From: Azolla caroliniana
Lineage: Eukaryota; Plantae; Polypodiophyta
Length of the DNA stretch: 64,000 nucleotides
NCBI GenBank assembly: GCA_043228905.1
Contig: JBHGNT010000009.1
Location: 1,054,001-1,118,000 of the forward strand
Direction: 5' to 3'
Under the pieces are notes generated by a model, which was not told the DNA's origin, searched no databases, and saw nothing but the letters and a program-made list of their open reading frames with translations. Below, piece by piece: positions 14,640 to 26,187 of this stretch (positions are counted from its first letter, which is position 1; every line of letters begins with the position of its first letter). The position numbers and the translations under genes were made by a program.

Positions 14640-15140
14640 AGGGACACGATAGGTCCATCTTATGTGGATGCCCACTGCCTCAAGAAAGGGAGAGGACGAC
14701 CATTGTTGGATAAAGGCTAGTCATTGTCTTTCAACTCTATCAGAGTCACCCTTGAGGCCATCATATTGGCTCTTTAGAGTGGCTACAACTTCACTCCATA
14801 TCTCTTGCATTAACATTATTGGTTGCACGCTTTGGTTGGAGAAGACTCGTCTACACAATTGTTTCTGTAAAATCCAAAGAGTTATTGGGTTGACCAAGTC
14901 CAACACAACTTGAGATTTGGCACTAATAGGAGTTGAGTGGATATTGCCAATGGTGGAGAAAAAAACCTCTTGTGCTTTTATAACCAAAGTCATCCCCTCT
15001 TCTTGATGCTCATATCTGTCAACTAGGGCCTGCCATGATAGCCAACATACATTCCCCCACTTGATTGAGCCTTGCACCTGGCATAATTGCAATAAGCGGC
15101 CAACCCCCCACCATATTTGATGGGACTCTGGGCAGTCCCA
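14640..15140 (-). mobile_element. 3' fragment of an L1-type LINE ORF2 (zf-RVT/C-terminal region)
   Basis: ITLWILQKQLCRRVFSN resembles the LWxIWxxRNxxVF motif of plant LINE ORF2 C-termini. Confidence 0.55.
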
Positions 15141-15644
15141 TAGAGTGCGTCGTATTGATTCTACTACAGTTGGACACTATGTCGTGAAGATCCGTCACTA
15201 CGCGCGGATCGTGAGGCGGAACCACCGGGGTTCTGGATCGGAAGGATTCAAAGTCGGTACAAGCTTTGGTGCAAGCTTTAGCGAGAAAGTACTTAAGATA
15301 GATTGGGAAAGAGAGAAGTTGAGATTACACGATTGAGAGAGATTGATTGAACTTTTAACTTTAGATTTAAGAAACAAGTTACACGATCAATTTGATAACG
15401 AATTTCTTCTTCTTAATTTTATAAGGAGAAAAAACACGTTTTTTCTCCTCCCCCTTCCTTCTTTTATAGATGCTCTCATGCATGTGATGCATGTGAGGGT
15501 ACAAGACATGCATAAATTGCATGTTTGCCATTTGGTGCTTATGTATTACATGTGGTGCATGATAACCATGTCACTCATTTTAGCTCTCATGTATGAGAAT
15601 TTACATGTAAAAGTACAATGATAGAAATATAAATTCAACTAAAT

Positions 15645-15787
15645 GGCATGGCTTAATGGTAAGCCAATTGACTCCTAACTAGCATGGCTTAATGGTAAGC
15701 CAATTGACTCCTAACTTGGAGGTGCAAGGTTCGAATCCTTACTTGCCCTCCTTGTATATGTATCTATATTTATATATTTATTTATCT
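15645..15787 (+). mobile_element. tRNA-derived SINE-like element with a duplicated 5' head
   Basis: Pol III A-box TGGCTTAATGG (twice, in a 36-bp duplication), B-box GGTTCGAATCC at 15728-15738, and a TA-rich tail. Confidence 0.65.
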
Positions 15788-16129
15788 AGTCGTTGGATGC
15801 CGTCGTCTCATTGGCGTCGGATACCGGTGCTGCCGTCGGTTGCCGTCGGATCACCGACGTCGGATACCAGTGCCGCCGGATCACCGACTCCATCGCTGGT
15901 CCGGTTTTGGTTGGCCAAAACCCTTTACGAGTAGCTAGCCCACCTCCACTCTTAGTTCAAGTTACCTTGAACTCTCTATGCTCCACACATAGACACAAAT
16001 ATAATATCTTTTGCTCTACCTTATATACGATGAGAGCCGTATTTATCGTGCCTATGTGGGATATCTCACAATTTTCTCTTTTCCTTTCACAAACTTTATA
16101 CCCTCATATCTTGACATTTAGTTGTCCGT

Positions 16130-16775
16130 TGTCGAGGTATTCCTCGCGGATGCGTGGAATGAGGCGGAACCTCGGGGGTCCTGTACCAAAGAGCAAGAGA
16201 GGAAGGGGACGAAACCCTCTACGTGCGAGCGTAGATCCATAGGGACACGGCCCTTCGACGCAAAGACGCAAGTGGGACAACGACACAGAAAGACACGAAT
16301 GTATGTATGTATTAACAAAGACAAACAACAAGAACACGAAGACAACAAAACACGAAGACAACAAAACACGAAGTCGGTTACAACCGAACAGGCCGGCGAA
16401 CAGATGCCGATACCTGCCCGTGAACGCACAGAGAGGAAGGAGTAGGTTGGAGGTGCTGCCGGAAGCACTCGGGCATTCCTCAGAGCAGCGCGAGCCTCCC
16501 GAAACCTGCACAGAAGGAAGCTATGGCGTTTGCAAACCAGAGAGAGAGAGAGAAGCCTTCGCCCACGAACCGACAACACTTCGTCCTCGACTCGCCGCGA
16601 TCCCTTCCTCCTCCTCGTCTCCCTCCTTTTATAGGCAAGGAAGGAGCCGTTTCCCCTTTACTTCCCCACCTACCGAATCTGCCTACCTAGGATCTTCTAT
16701 GGACAACATTCGAGATGAGCCGGTTCCTACGCTCCTGTGCACCGATTCCGCTTGTGGACGGTTTTCTTCACGACA
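16130..16775 (-). mobile_element. Solo LTR (646 bp)
   Basis: TGTCG...CGACA termini, 4-bp direct repeat CCGT on both flanks, minus-strand TATAAAAGG near 16630, and GC-rich against an AT-rich background. Confidence 0.75.
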
Positions 16776-19159
16776 CCGTTTCTCGTGTAATAAAGTGCAT
16801 TCGAAACCTCTATCATTTTGTACTTAGATATTAAATTTATTTAAATTGTTATCTTCACAATTATTGTATTATGTGATTCATACTCGATTTCGTACGTTTT
16901 ATGGGATTTTCACACTATTGCCGAAAATCTTCACGACAACGTTACACAATTAGGAGAGCTGAGGTTCCCACGTTGTAAATTCATTGGCTTTTACAATTAT
17001 ATGTCAACTACATCTAATTTTACAATTTGTATACAAACCTTCTAATTGATTCTCGTATTGTATTTCAATAAACATCTCCAAAAGACAACATTCAAGTTAC
17101 TTCATAGTTCCTTCCAATCTCTTAGAATATTCAACATTCTAAGAAAAATACTTGATCATTGATGCCTGTTATTCAACATTCCAAACAAAAAACCAAGATG
17201 TTACCATGTCCAAACTATATAATAATTTTAATGTGATACCAAAATATCTACAAATCACGTGACAATATCAAAACCGGATTGCGCTATTTTCGGTTTCTCA
17301 TGCACCAATGAACCCAAACACACTTTCCCAACCCTTTTTAATTTTATATATTATTGACTAGAAATTAAGTTTTTCTAACTTTGTTTGCATATTTCTAGAC
17401 CATTATGTGAGTTTATCAAGAATATGGTGACTCAAATATATAAACTAGATGGCACAACATACTTAAAGCCTTTGCATTGTAATAGCAAGCTTGTCCATTA
17501 GCGTCTTGAATGATGGGTTTGATGTCATGTTTACTATAAATTTCTTTACAATAAGAGTTTGTTTTTTACACACTCTAGTTGTTTACTCCATAAGTCTAAA
17601 TTTGTAACATTGACAATGAAAACTAGTTTAACAACGTTAAAGTTCTCACTAGTCCATGATAATATGATATAATTGATAAAGAATGATATGATAGCATTGC
17701 CCTTTACATGAATGATGCATAATATAGAAAAGTGACATGTCCCCCAACCAACCTATCCTTATTGTTGTGGTTGAAGATTACTCTTTTATAGGGCGAAGAC
17801 TCACTTGGATGATGCTCGACTCCCATAAAGTCAACTTCTTTCAAGTTCCATGAGTCCTTTGAGAGACACCACACCGGGATCGTGGGGAGAAAGTTGAGAG
17901 AAGAGGGATGCCTCTTACAAGAGTTTAGGAGAGACATCTTTTGTCACGACAAGAGAGAAATAAATCTTAAGACTATTAGCTTTTGTGTTCAAGTTCAAAT
18001 GTGTTTTTCCCTTGGTAAAATTCTTTCCCACACAACCAACTCATCTCTTTCTTAAGAAGAACCCGAGGGTGCATGCCTTCTATGGTGGATGACATGTCCC
18101 GATCTTGATAGATGTAGACGTTTTGTAATTTTTAATGCTTTTGCCAAATATGATGTTGTCTTTTAACCTATTTCTATTGCACGGTTGTTTTACTTCAAAT
18201 AATACCATCACTTTGTTTTAAACTACATATGTCAACTTGCATCAATCATTTTGTAAACATGCAATCAATCAACTCAATGGTACAATTCAAGATGGTTTAC
18301 CAACAATAGATCTCATAGTATTCAAAACAATATTAGTGGCACAATTAGTTTTGCATATTTGGGCATTATTTCCATGTTGATTGACACCAATAGATTGTAA
18401 CACTCGCAATGCATAATCATTATGATAAGTATTAACATACATGGAGTAGCAATCTTGTTAGGTTTGAAAAAATGTAGCTTTAAAATTACACATAGGAAAT
18501 ATTTTAACAAATTTGTATTCTTCTCAATTCATATAGAGCAAAAAACTTCGTCTACACAAATTTATCAAGCCTCTCAAATTTAACACAAACATATCCTAGG
18601 GTTATGTTTTTTTTCCCATAAAAAATATCCTCCATTGGTATTAAATTTAAAGTGGCTAGAGGCAATATACAAATAGTCCACTATTACAATGAATATTGTA
18701 TAGCTGTGTCAAACAACTATAACCAATCTTTGTAGGTAAATATAAATAATCTTTCTAGTCAATCTTGTTCATGTTCAGCATATCCAAGAAAAATGTGTTC
18801 ATCCTTCACCTCTTTCTAGGTCCTTCACTTGAGATCAAGCTTTGGTGAGGGCCACAAAAAGATGTATTGTACCATGTATTACTCAACATTCCTTTAGTTT
18901 TTGATGCAGTTTGATATCATCATATGGCATTCCACCTCTCACATAACCCATGCTAAGGGCATTGGATGATTGCTCATTTTGATTAGCCAGCTTCTCCAAA
19001 GTACATCAGGCCTCAGCCTTGCTTCCAAGGTTGACAAAAACAACTTACATCTCTCCAACACGGATATAAAATCAGCCAACTTTACATCTTAGGCTTATGT
19101 TAATTTAATCCTCTCTAATTAACTTATTAATCAATTGGCCAAAATTTCTCAAATTACAT

Positions 19160-19345
19160 AATGGTTCGATTTGGGCTTGAACTGGTTTGGCATTGTCCAA
19201 GCCAAGCCGGTTAAGTTTAAATCGAGCCGAGCAAGTCTGGCAAGGCTCAAGCTGACCTAAATCGAGCCGAGCCAAACCGCCAAATAGCTTAATAACGGTT
19301 TAATGGCTCAGTTCAAGCTTCAACCAAATTGTTGCCAACTCCTAT
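19160..19345 (-). mobile_element. Possible end of a hAT/MITE element
   Basis: Clustered GAGCC/AAGCC subterminal motifs ending in ttgccaactccta (reverse complement TAGGAGTTGGCAA); the other end was not found. Confidence 0.35.
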
Positions 19346-20519
19346 AGTTCGATGTATGTTTCATCCCCTGTAGTCAGTAAGTATTTTAGTGTGATATGTC
19401 AGAAACACATTAGGGAGGGTAAATTTAATTACATAAAGAACAATATGATGTGGTCCTACAAATAAATGCATTATGATCATAATGCCCCAAAAGAATATGA
19501 CTTTATGGATTCCCATAACATAGAGGTATTTATGGTTTTTCTTAAAGTCAAATGGTATTTTGGGAATTATGACATAATTGTCAAGTGGCAATTTCCTAAT
19601 GTCCTATAATTTAATGAGATGATCGAGGGTTTCAAGGCAAGTTAGAGATCTTTGTACATGCAACGTTCGAATATTATATAACTTCAATTGTCAAGTATCT
19701 CGAACACATGGTGTGACTATGAGAAATATTTATAAACAACACCAATTTTAGTCACTACATGCAAACAAATATTGACTATTAAAAGACCATTTTCCATAGC
19801 AATTGTGCCCCATTGCAATCACAATGAATACTAAAACACAATGTGAAAAGCATCGCCTTTACAGAGATGTTAAATTGGCCACACCCAAATGTATTTCACA
19901 AGTTATTGCTCGTAGTAAACCTTATGTATGCAAGTTTAAGTTTGGGTACGAGAGCAATAGCTCATATAATAATTTTTCTTATATAATTAGGTTGACATTA
20001 GTTTGCTACAAAAATATGCTTATACAAATCCCTTTACACAATCCAAGATTTGAAAACTATACTTTTGCCTTAAGGCAATGCTAAAAATGTTGAAACCCTA
20101 ATGTTGTGGTCGTTGATATATCATATGATGTAAATTTTTAGATATGTGTGTGCTAGGATGGGATTGCCGAGGTTTTGAGATGGGAGAAGATAGAGAAGTA
20201 AAAAAGGATGGCCATAGATAGTAGATGGAAATTAAGTGATTAATTAGACAACCTGAAGTATATAATTATTCGAGGATGACGGAGATTAATTAGCAAAGAT
20301 GCTAAATATAGAACTCTTGATTTAAAATGTAGAAAGATCGATTGCAAGAATACAGGTGGCTTAACACCTTGAGATGCTTTGTTTAACTTTTAACGTGGAT
20401 AATTCTAAAATTCACATAGACATGGGCATGAATGCATGTATGAGATAGAGATATGGGGTTGAGTCCTCACAATCGATTAGGGTCACCACATTAAACAACT
20501 TTGAGATTCCTCATTATTA

Positions 20520-20950
20520 ATGTCTTACCCATGCATGAAAATGGAAAAACTTCACTTCAAACATGATAGTCTTTCATCAAAGGATATAGGTCCCTCGAGA
20601 AGTGTTATGTTGACATCCTTTTGAAAGCATAAATCAACACTCCAAAAAAGCAAAGAGCCTTACTCCCTGTGACCATGTGAAAGCAAGTGCCTTACTCCCC
20701 TCCAACTCTAAATACAAGCTTCAACCAACTTCCAACACTAGTTTGGGCTTCTTCATAGTGTCTTACATATGCATGAAAATGGTGAACTTGTACTTAAATC
20801 ATGATAGTCTCAATTGAAGGATACAAGACCGTCAAGTTTTGTTTTATTGGTGTCCTTTTGCAACCATAGATCAACACTCCAAAAAAGCAAGAGATTTACT
20901 CCCTTTGATCATGTGAAAAACACCTCACTCTCTCAAACTTTAAATCCATG
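20520..20950. repeat. Degenerate tandem duplication of about 240 bp
   Basis: tgtcttac..atgcatgaaaatgg...catgatagtct...tcaacactccaaaaaa.gcaa occurs twice. Confidence 0.65.
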
Positions 20951-21488
20951 GCTTTTCGCTACACATTTCTGCTTGATTTTTTGGGCATCAACAACAATGA
21001 TTGCTTAAAAATAAGAGGATGATTTCGAAAAACTTGCCAAATGTTTGTGTTCAATGCTACCAGTCACTTATGCCATTGGCTATTGCCCATAACCTACTCT
21101 TTTGCTTCGTGTTCTAGCCTCTCTTGAAAGCCTAGCAAAAATTTATTTTAACCACTTGGAACATATTTTTCTCCATTGCAGTAGTGATTCTATCCAAAAA
21201 TTCACACAAGTTTCCTTAATCACACCGAGTACAACATGAGAGAGAGGGGAGGGAGAGAGTTGATTAACACAATTGTGCATTGAGCTCAAGAATCTCTTTG
21301 AGTCACATAATTAGTTATTGCAATTCGGTTAAAAATACTGGCGGTTTATCAAACTTCAATCCGCGCGCAATGAGAAATATAAATATGAAGAAGACCTCAA
21401 TCACAAAATGTGATGGACACAATTGATTGGCTTTCCCTTTTCTTGATAACACCTAGTACAATTTCTTCCATTGATGCACCAATTCTTA

Positions 21489-23681
21489 TTAGCTATTCTT
21501 GTTTCCGATGCCACCATTTGCTGAAGAAACAATGTATGGCTTCTTGACAAATCGGAGCCTTGCGAAAAGGCATAGGGTTAGGAACACGAAACTATAAGCT
21601 GCATATGCTTTTGAGCTCGTATGTGGTGGCTTCGATGCAATAGCCGGATGGAACACGGTCACATAGTAATGAAGACCAACAGACATTGCAAGAGTCCATT
21701 GAACAATAGCAATGGACCTCACAGTCAATTGCCCCAATGCAAAAGAGTAGATCATATTCACCATTACAAAGGTAAGGTAGATCCCATACGCCAATGATTG
21801 AAGCAGCTGAAGGGAGATGTAGCTACTTGCCAATGTATTTTTATAGAAGAAATACATAGGCTCGATGCCGATGATGAAAGACGAGATCCACAAAGTTGCG
21901 AAATATGAAGCTAAGTATGCATTCGCAAAGAATAGGAGCTTCTCCAGGGAGACAAGTGCCTTTATATGCTCGAACAAGTAAACTACAACAATCAAGGGAA
22001 GAAGCAGAATGCCAAATGATATCGTCGTTGCGAGAAATGGAGCCATTTGCTTTCCTATGAGCGGGGAGAAGCTCTCGGTTATTTGTTGGTTCGCGATGTC
22101 GAAATACTCCTTGGATGTGCCAGTCCATTTCAGCACATCGGGACGGAGATGGTCGGCCACTCGTCCGGCCGTCTCGTGTAGTTTGTTCGGCAAGTCGGCT
22201 AGCTCTTGCATTATGTCATAGTCATCATTGGATGGGTCCCTTTGGTCTTGCATTGGATTATTATTGTCAGTTTGTTCAAACCCACCTCGGTTCATCTCTT
22301 CCAGCTGGGATTCGATTTCATTCGTCGCATTTTGGAACTCATCCACAGGTGCTTTTGTTTCTGATACCGATATCAGTTTTTCAGTCTCGGTGTCAGTTTC
22401 AGTCATCTCTGATATCACTAGTGGTTTTTCAGCTTCAGCTTCATCGGACTCTGGGGTCTCTTCCTTTGCTTCTAATATGACTACTGGTTTCTCATTTTCA
22501 GATTCATTGGACTCTGGCACCTCTTCTTCCTTCACTTCCTCTTGTGGTTTCTCAGTCTCGGATTCACTGGAATTCGGCACCTCTTCTTCCTTCACTTCCT
22601 CTTGTGGTTTCTCAGTCTCGGATTCACTGGAATTCGGCACCTCTTCTTCCTTCACTTCCTCTTGTGGTTTCTCAGTCTCGGATTCACTGGAATTCGGCAC
22701 CTCTTCCTTTGCTTCCGATTCGGCTGGAGGTTTTCCGGTTCTGGATTCAGGAGCTGGAATCTCTTCCGATACCGCCTGATTCTTTTCGGTTTCCATTTCA
22801 CTGAGCTCCATCTCATCCTTTCCTTCCAACACCTCTACTGGTTTTCCAGTGTTGCCAGTCTCCACCTCTTCTTCCCTGGCATCTAATACTGCTACTGGTT
22901 CTCTGGTTTCACTGCCCTCCACCTCGATGGTCACATCTGATACTAGTTGCGGTTTTTCGGCTTCGGATTCATCTTCCTTGAAATTTGACCCGGCATTTTC
23001 CTCTACTTTCTCCTTGTTCTCATCACTCGACACATTCTTTTCGTCGGTTCTTTGCTCCACATCGGGGGTCTCCTTGGAGCCACCATCGACTACCACAATG
23101 TGGTTATCTTCATTTTTCGGGCTCGAATCTTCTTCCTTAATCCATGCTTTTTCTTCGTGTTGCAAGCTCAAATCTTGAGTCCCTGGCTTGAATCCCTCTG
23201 CTTGCTTCTTGCCATCTCCTACATTTACATCAAGTGAGGTGGAATCCCCATTCTTATCATCAGTGCTTTCTTTTCTGAAATCTTTCGAATCAACCTCACG
23301 TTCATCCTCTACAGTTGGAATATCGTCTGTAAGAGCTTCCGTGTCAGGCTTGGAGCCAGTGGAGCTTTCTTGATTCTCTTCGCTTTCTTCAAGCCTTTTT
23401 CTAGCCGCAAGATTTCCCCCTTCCTCATCCTTTGGAGCAAAACCCTCATTCTCCGGAATGCTCTGTTTCTCCAGATCTCTCAGATGACCACCACCGACTT
23501 CTTCACCACTCTGATTCTTCCGTGCCTCTGCGCTGATGGCTATGATTTCAGCATAATTTCCTCTCTCACCCAGGAGCTTCCGATGATCAGAGGCATGGGT
23601 ACTGACACAGTCACATTCCAGGGACAAGAACAGGGCTATGGCCAACAGGATGATGAGCCAGGAGGAGGGAGAAGAGCCCAT
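21489..23681 (-). CDS. Single-exon 730-aa protein: signal peptide, Glu-rich low-complexity ectodomain, and a conserved C-terminal multi-pass TM domain (resembles the Arabidopsis AT4G39840 'cell wall integrity/stress response component-like' family)
   Basis: Hydrophobic N-terminus [18 protein letters not shown]; RKLL motif; C-terminus with about 5 TM segments (SLEKLLFFANAYLASYF, GIEPMYFFY, VGLHYYVTVFH..PP). The family assignment is from recall of this domain. Confidence 0.85.
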   Translation of the reverse strand: MGSSPSSWLIILLAIALFLSLECDCVSTHASDHRKLLGERGNYAEIIAISAEARKNQSGEEVGGGHLRDLEKQSIPENEGFAPKDEEGGNLAARKRLEESEENQESSTGSKPDTEALTDDIPTVEDEREVDSKDFRKESTDDKNGDSTSLDVNVGDGKKQAEGFKPGTQDLSLQHEEKAWIKEEDSSPKNEDNHIVVVDGGSKETPDVEQRTDEKNVSSDENKEKVEENAGSNFKEDESEAEKPQLVSDVTIEVEGSETREPVAVLDAREEEVETGNTGKPVEVLEGKDEMELSEMETEKNQAVSEEIPAPESRTGKPPAESEAKEEVPNSSESETEKPQEEVKEEEVPNSSESETEKPQEEVKEEEVPNSSESETEKPQEEVKEEEVPESNESENEKPVVILEAKEETPESDEAEAEKPLVISEMTETDTETEKLISVSETKAPVDEFQNATNEIESQLEEMNRGGFEQTDNNNPMQDQRDPSNDDYDIMQELADLPNKLHETAGRVADHLRPDVLKWTGTSKEYFDIANQQITESFSPLIGKQMAPFLATTISFGILLLPLIVVVYLFEHIKALVSLEKLLFFANAYLASYFATLWISSFIIGIEPMYFFYKNTLASSYISLQLLQSLAYGIYLTFVMVNMIYSFALGQLTVRSIAIVQWTLAMSVGLHYYVTVFHPAIASKPPHTSSKAYAAYSFVFLTLCLFARLRFVKKPYIVSSANGGIGNKNS
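22515..22710. repeat. Coding 60-bp tandem repeat ([20 protein letters not shown], about 3 copies)
   Basis: Lines 22561 and 22621 are identical; the paralogous chimera has two fewer units. Confidence 0.95.
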
Positions 23682-26132
23682 TGATCAAAAGGAAGATTCA
23701 ATGTGTGGATGGGAGGAGAAGAAGAGGAGAAAATCCAATTGTCTGTGTGAGTGAGAGAGAGTGGTGGAGATTTTACCTTTGGGAGTTTCTGAAACCTCTG
23801 CTGTGTTGGAGCTTTAATGGTTTCTTCTTCTCCAAAATATGTACATCTATCTATATGTATATGGTAAAATTTACATACACACACACACACACACTTTACA
23901 ACTCAATATGTATAATGTATGTATATGAATAGAGAGAGAGAGAGAGAGACAGAGAGAGAGAGAGAGACAGAGAGAGGTATAAAGAGAGGATTCCAACACA
24001 AGATATGTGTGTGTCTTGTCTTTTTCTCTCCTCGAAAGAAAAGGGGGGAAGAAGTGGGGAGGAGGCGAGGTATCGATCGATCCATCGATTGCCCCCCAAC
24101 CCAAACACACACAACATTGGTCGGCCGAACATGTGCTACTTTCACACCACCACCACCACCACGTCCTAAGAGACTAGGCCGTCCAAAATACGGCATGGCC
24201 CTTGCTTCCCCCTACATTATTGCCCCAGAAGACCAAATGTCTGCTCCGACATACATCGCTTATCGGTCGAAAACGGGCTACTTTCACACCACCGCATCCT
24301 TAAGAGACTACGCTGTCCGAAAACGGCTTGCCGGCTTCCCTGTTATTTGTCCTCGACCATGCCTGCTCCGACATGGACCGTTCTCGCATCACTCTTCCAC
24401 ACCCCTTGCTTAGGTCTGAGAACAGATGATTTCTGTATCGTCTTCCCAACCTACGCCCCCCCCCCCCCCCCCCCCCCCACTTGAAAACGGATGGCTCCCA
24501 CATCGCCTGCCATTGTTGATCCAACAACATATCCCGAGTTTTTCTTCCAAACCATACTAGTGCACACCCTTCATTTGTACTATCTATGTTTATTATGTTC
24601 ACATTGATGCTAGGTCGGCCCCAATGGCATATCTTCATCAGTTATAACCTTTTTTCACTTTGACAATGCTCACATGAACCACATTTCATCAAAAGGTAAA
24701 ACAACAAAATACCCCAAAGTTTTCAAAAATCAAATGAGAGTATCGATTTGTAGCAGTATGTTGATTTTCTTATCACTATTGGGCCATCAACATATGTACA
24801 TATACCCTTTTGTACGTAACGTTGCTTTCATATGCTACCAAGATCCATATAATCAAAGGGTAAAACATCAAAATACAATATAGGTTTCTAATGCATTTTG
24901 AAATACCCCTACCTAGCCTACAGTTTTTGTACTATACCATGGTACTCTAGTTTAAGTTAGGGGCATTTTGCATAATACATAATGTTGTTTTTCTGAATAA
25001 CCATCTAATAACTTAATCACGTCCTAGTGACTTGATAATCTTGTCATTAAACTAATGTTTGATAATATTTTCATCATGTTAATTGTATATTTACTCTAAT
25101 CACTTTACAAATTGTATCATCAAATGAGCATGAGTGCACAATAATAATTAACATGCTGTTTTTTATTGTTAGGGTGTTCCATGTGTGAATGGGGATAATA
25201 ATGATGTGTTGCTAATTAAAGCAATTATTGAGTATTGAGGGCAATTGAGTCATTAATCAACTTGTGAATAATAAGGTATCTTCAAAGTGAAAATAGCTAA
25301 GGAGAATGTCTCAATGGAAATTACTAGCAAACAAGAGATGAACCGTTTCCCTTAGCAAAAGATGGTGGACCCAGACGAGATACAAGGCAAAGCTTGTTAT
25401 CAACAAGGAAAATAAACGTGAGTTGCTAGACATGCCCATGTTAGAAATCATGCACTTGCAACAATATCGTGTGATTTTGGCCTTATTCAGTATTTTTATA
25501 CCTTATATCTAGGTTAATGCAATAACTTAAAGCTCTTTCAAATTTATGACTACAAAATCCTCATTGGGAAATGATGTGAAAGCATAGACTAGCCATATCA
25601 CACCACATCCAAGTAATGTGATAATTTTAACAACATTATTATGTTCGACAATGACCATAAGAAAATAAGAAATCAAACGTCATTGAGCATGAAATAGAAA
25701 CCTAGGCTACGAATGTACCAATGTGAAGCTCAATTAACATAATAAATATGTTCAAACTTATTATAAACATTTGCATTATAATCTATAGTTGCAATTAACT
25801 GTACAATTAAAAACTAAGATTTTCGTAGATTTTAAAAAAGAATAGTTCTAGCAATTATTAACTTCATGATTTTCACATGATTCATGTTTGTCTTATTTTA
25901 GTTTATCAAAGGTAAGTTTCAAATTTCAATTGTTGTATGATGCACATGTTTACATACCTAATGATCTTAAGAAGCCTTGGAATGTAATGTAGCCATTCAT
26001 TTTTGATATAGATAGATAGATTTTATTCTATCTTCTTCAAACGTAAAATATGACCTATGAGACCAAAAATATTACATTTCATATAATACATGTGAAAGTG
26101 AGTAGCAACTCTTGATGTCCAAGAACTTTGGC

Positions 26133-26136
<4 letters not shown>

Positions 26137-26182
<46 letters not shown>
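26137..26182. repeat. (AG)n microsatellite (shorter paralog at 35749-35768)
   Basis: Direct inspection. Confidence 0.9.

Positions 26183-26187
<5 letters not shown>

Larger units (their letters stand above)
15180..16938 (-). mobile_element. LTR-like element carrying nested insertions
   Basis: Perfect 12-bp terminal inverted repeat TGTCGTGAAGAT...ATCTTCACGACA; minus-strand TATAAAAG near 15465; no TSD found. Confidence 0.5.

Noticed and set aside
15645-15750. Functional tRNA-Arg(CCT) gene
   Set aside because: Acceptor and anticodon stems do not pair well, the head is duplicated and there is a TA tail; treated as SINE-like
17704-18120. Possible LINE C-terminal fragment
   Set aside because: Only compositional resemblance; no diagnostic motif
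22515-22710. CRISPR-like array
   Set aside because: Head-to-tail coding repeats with no unique spacers, in a eukaryotic context
21841-23684. Many plus-strand and alternate-frame ORFs over the 730-aa gene, and over 30683-31255
   Set aside because: Antisense shadows of Glu/Ser-rich repetitive coding sequence
23919-24638. ORFs upstream of the membrane-protein gene (164 aa, 112 aa)
   Set aside because: Built from microsatellite and homopolymer sequence; the paralogous copy at 33600-34130 has stops and frame changes
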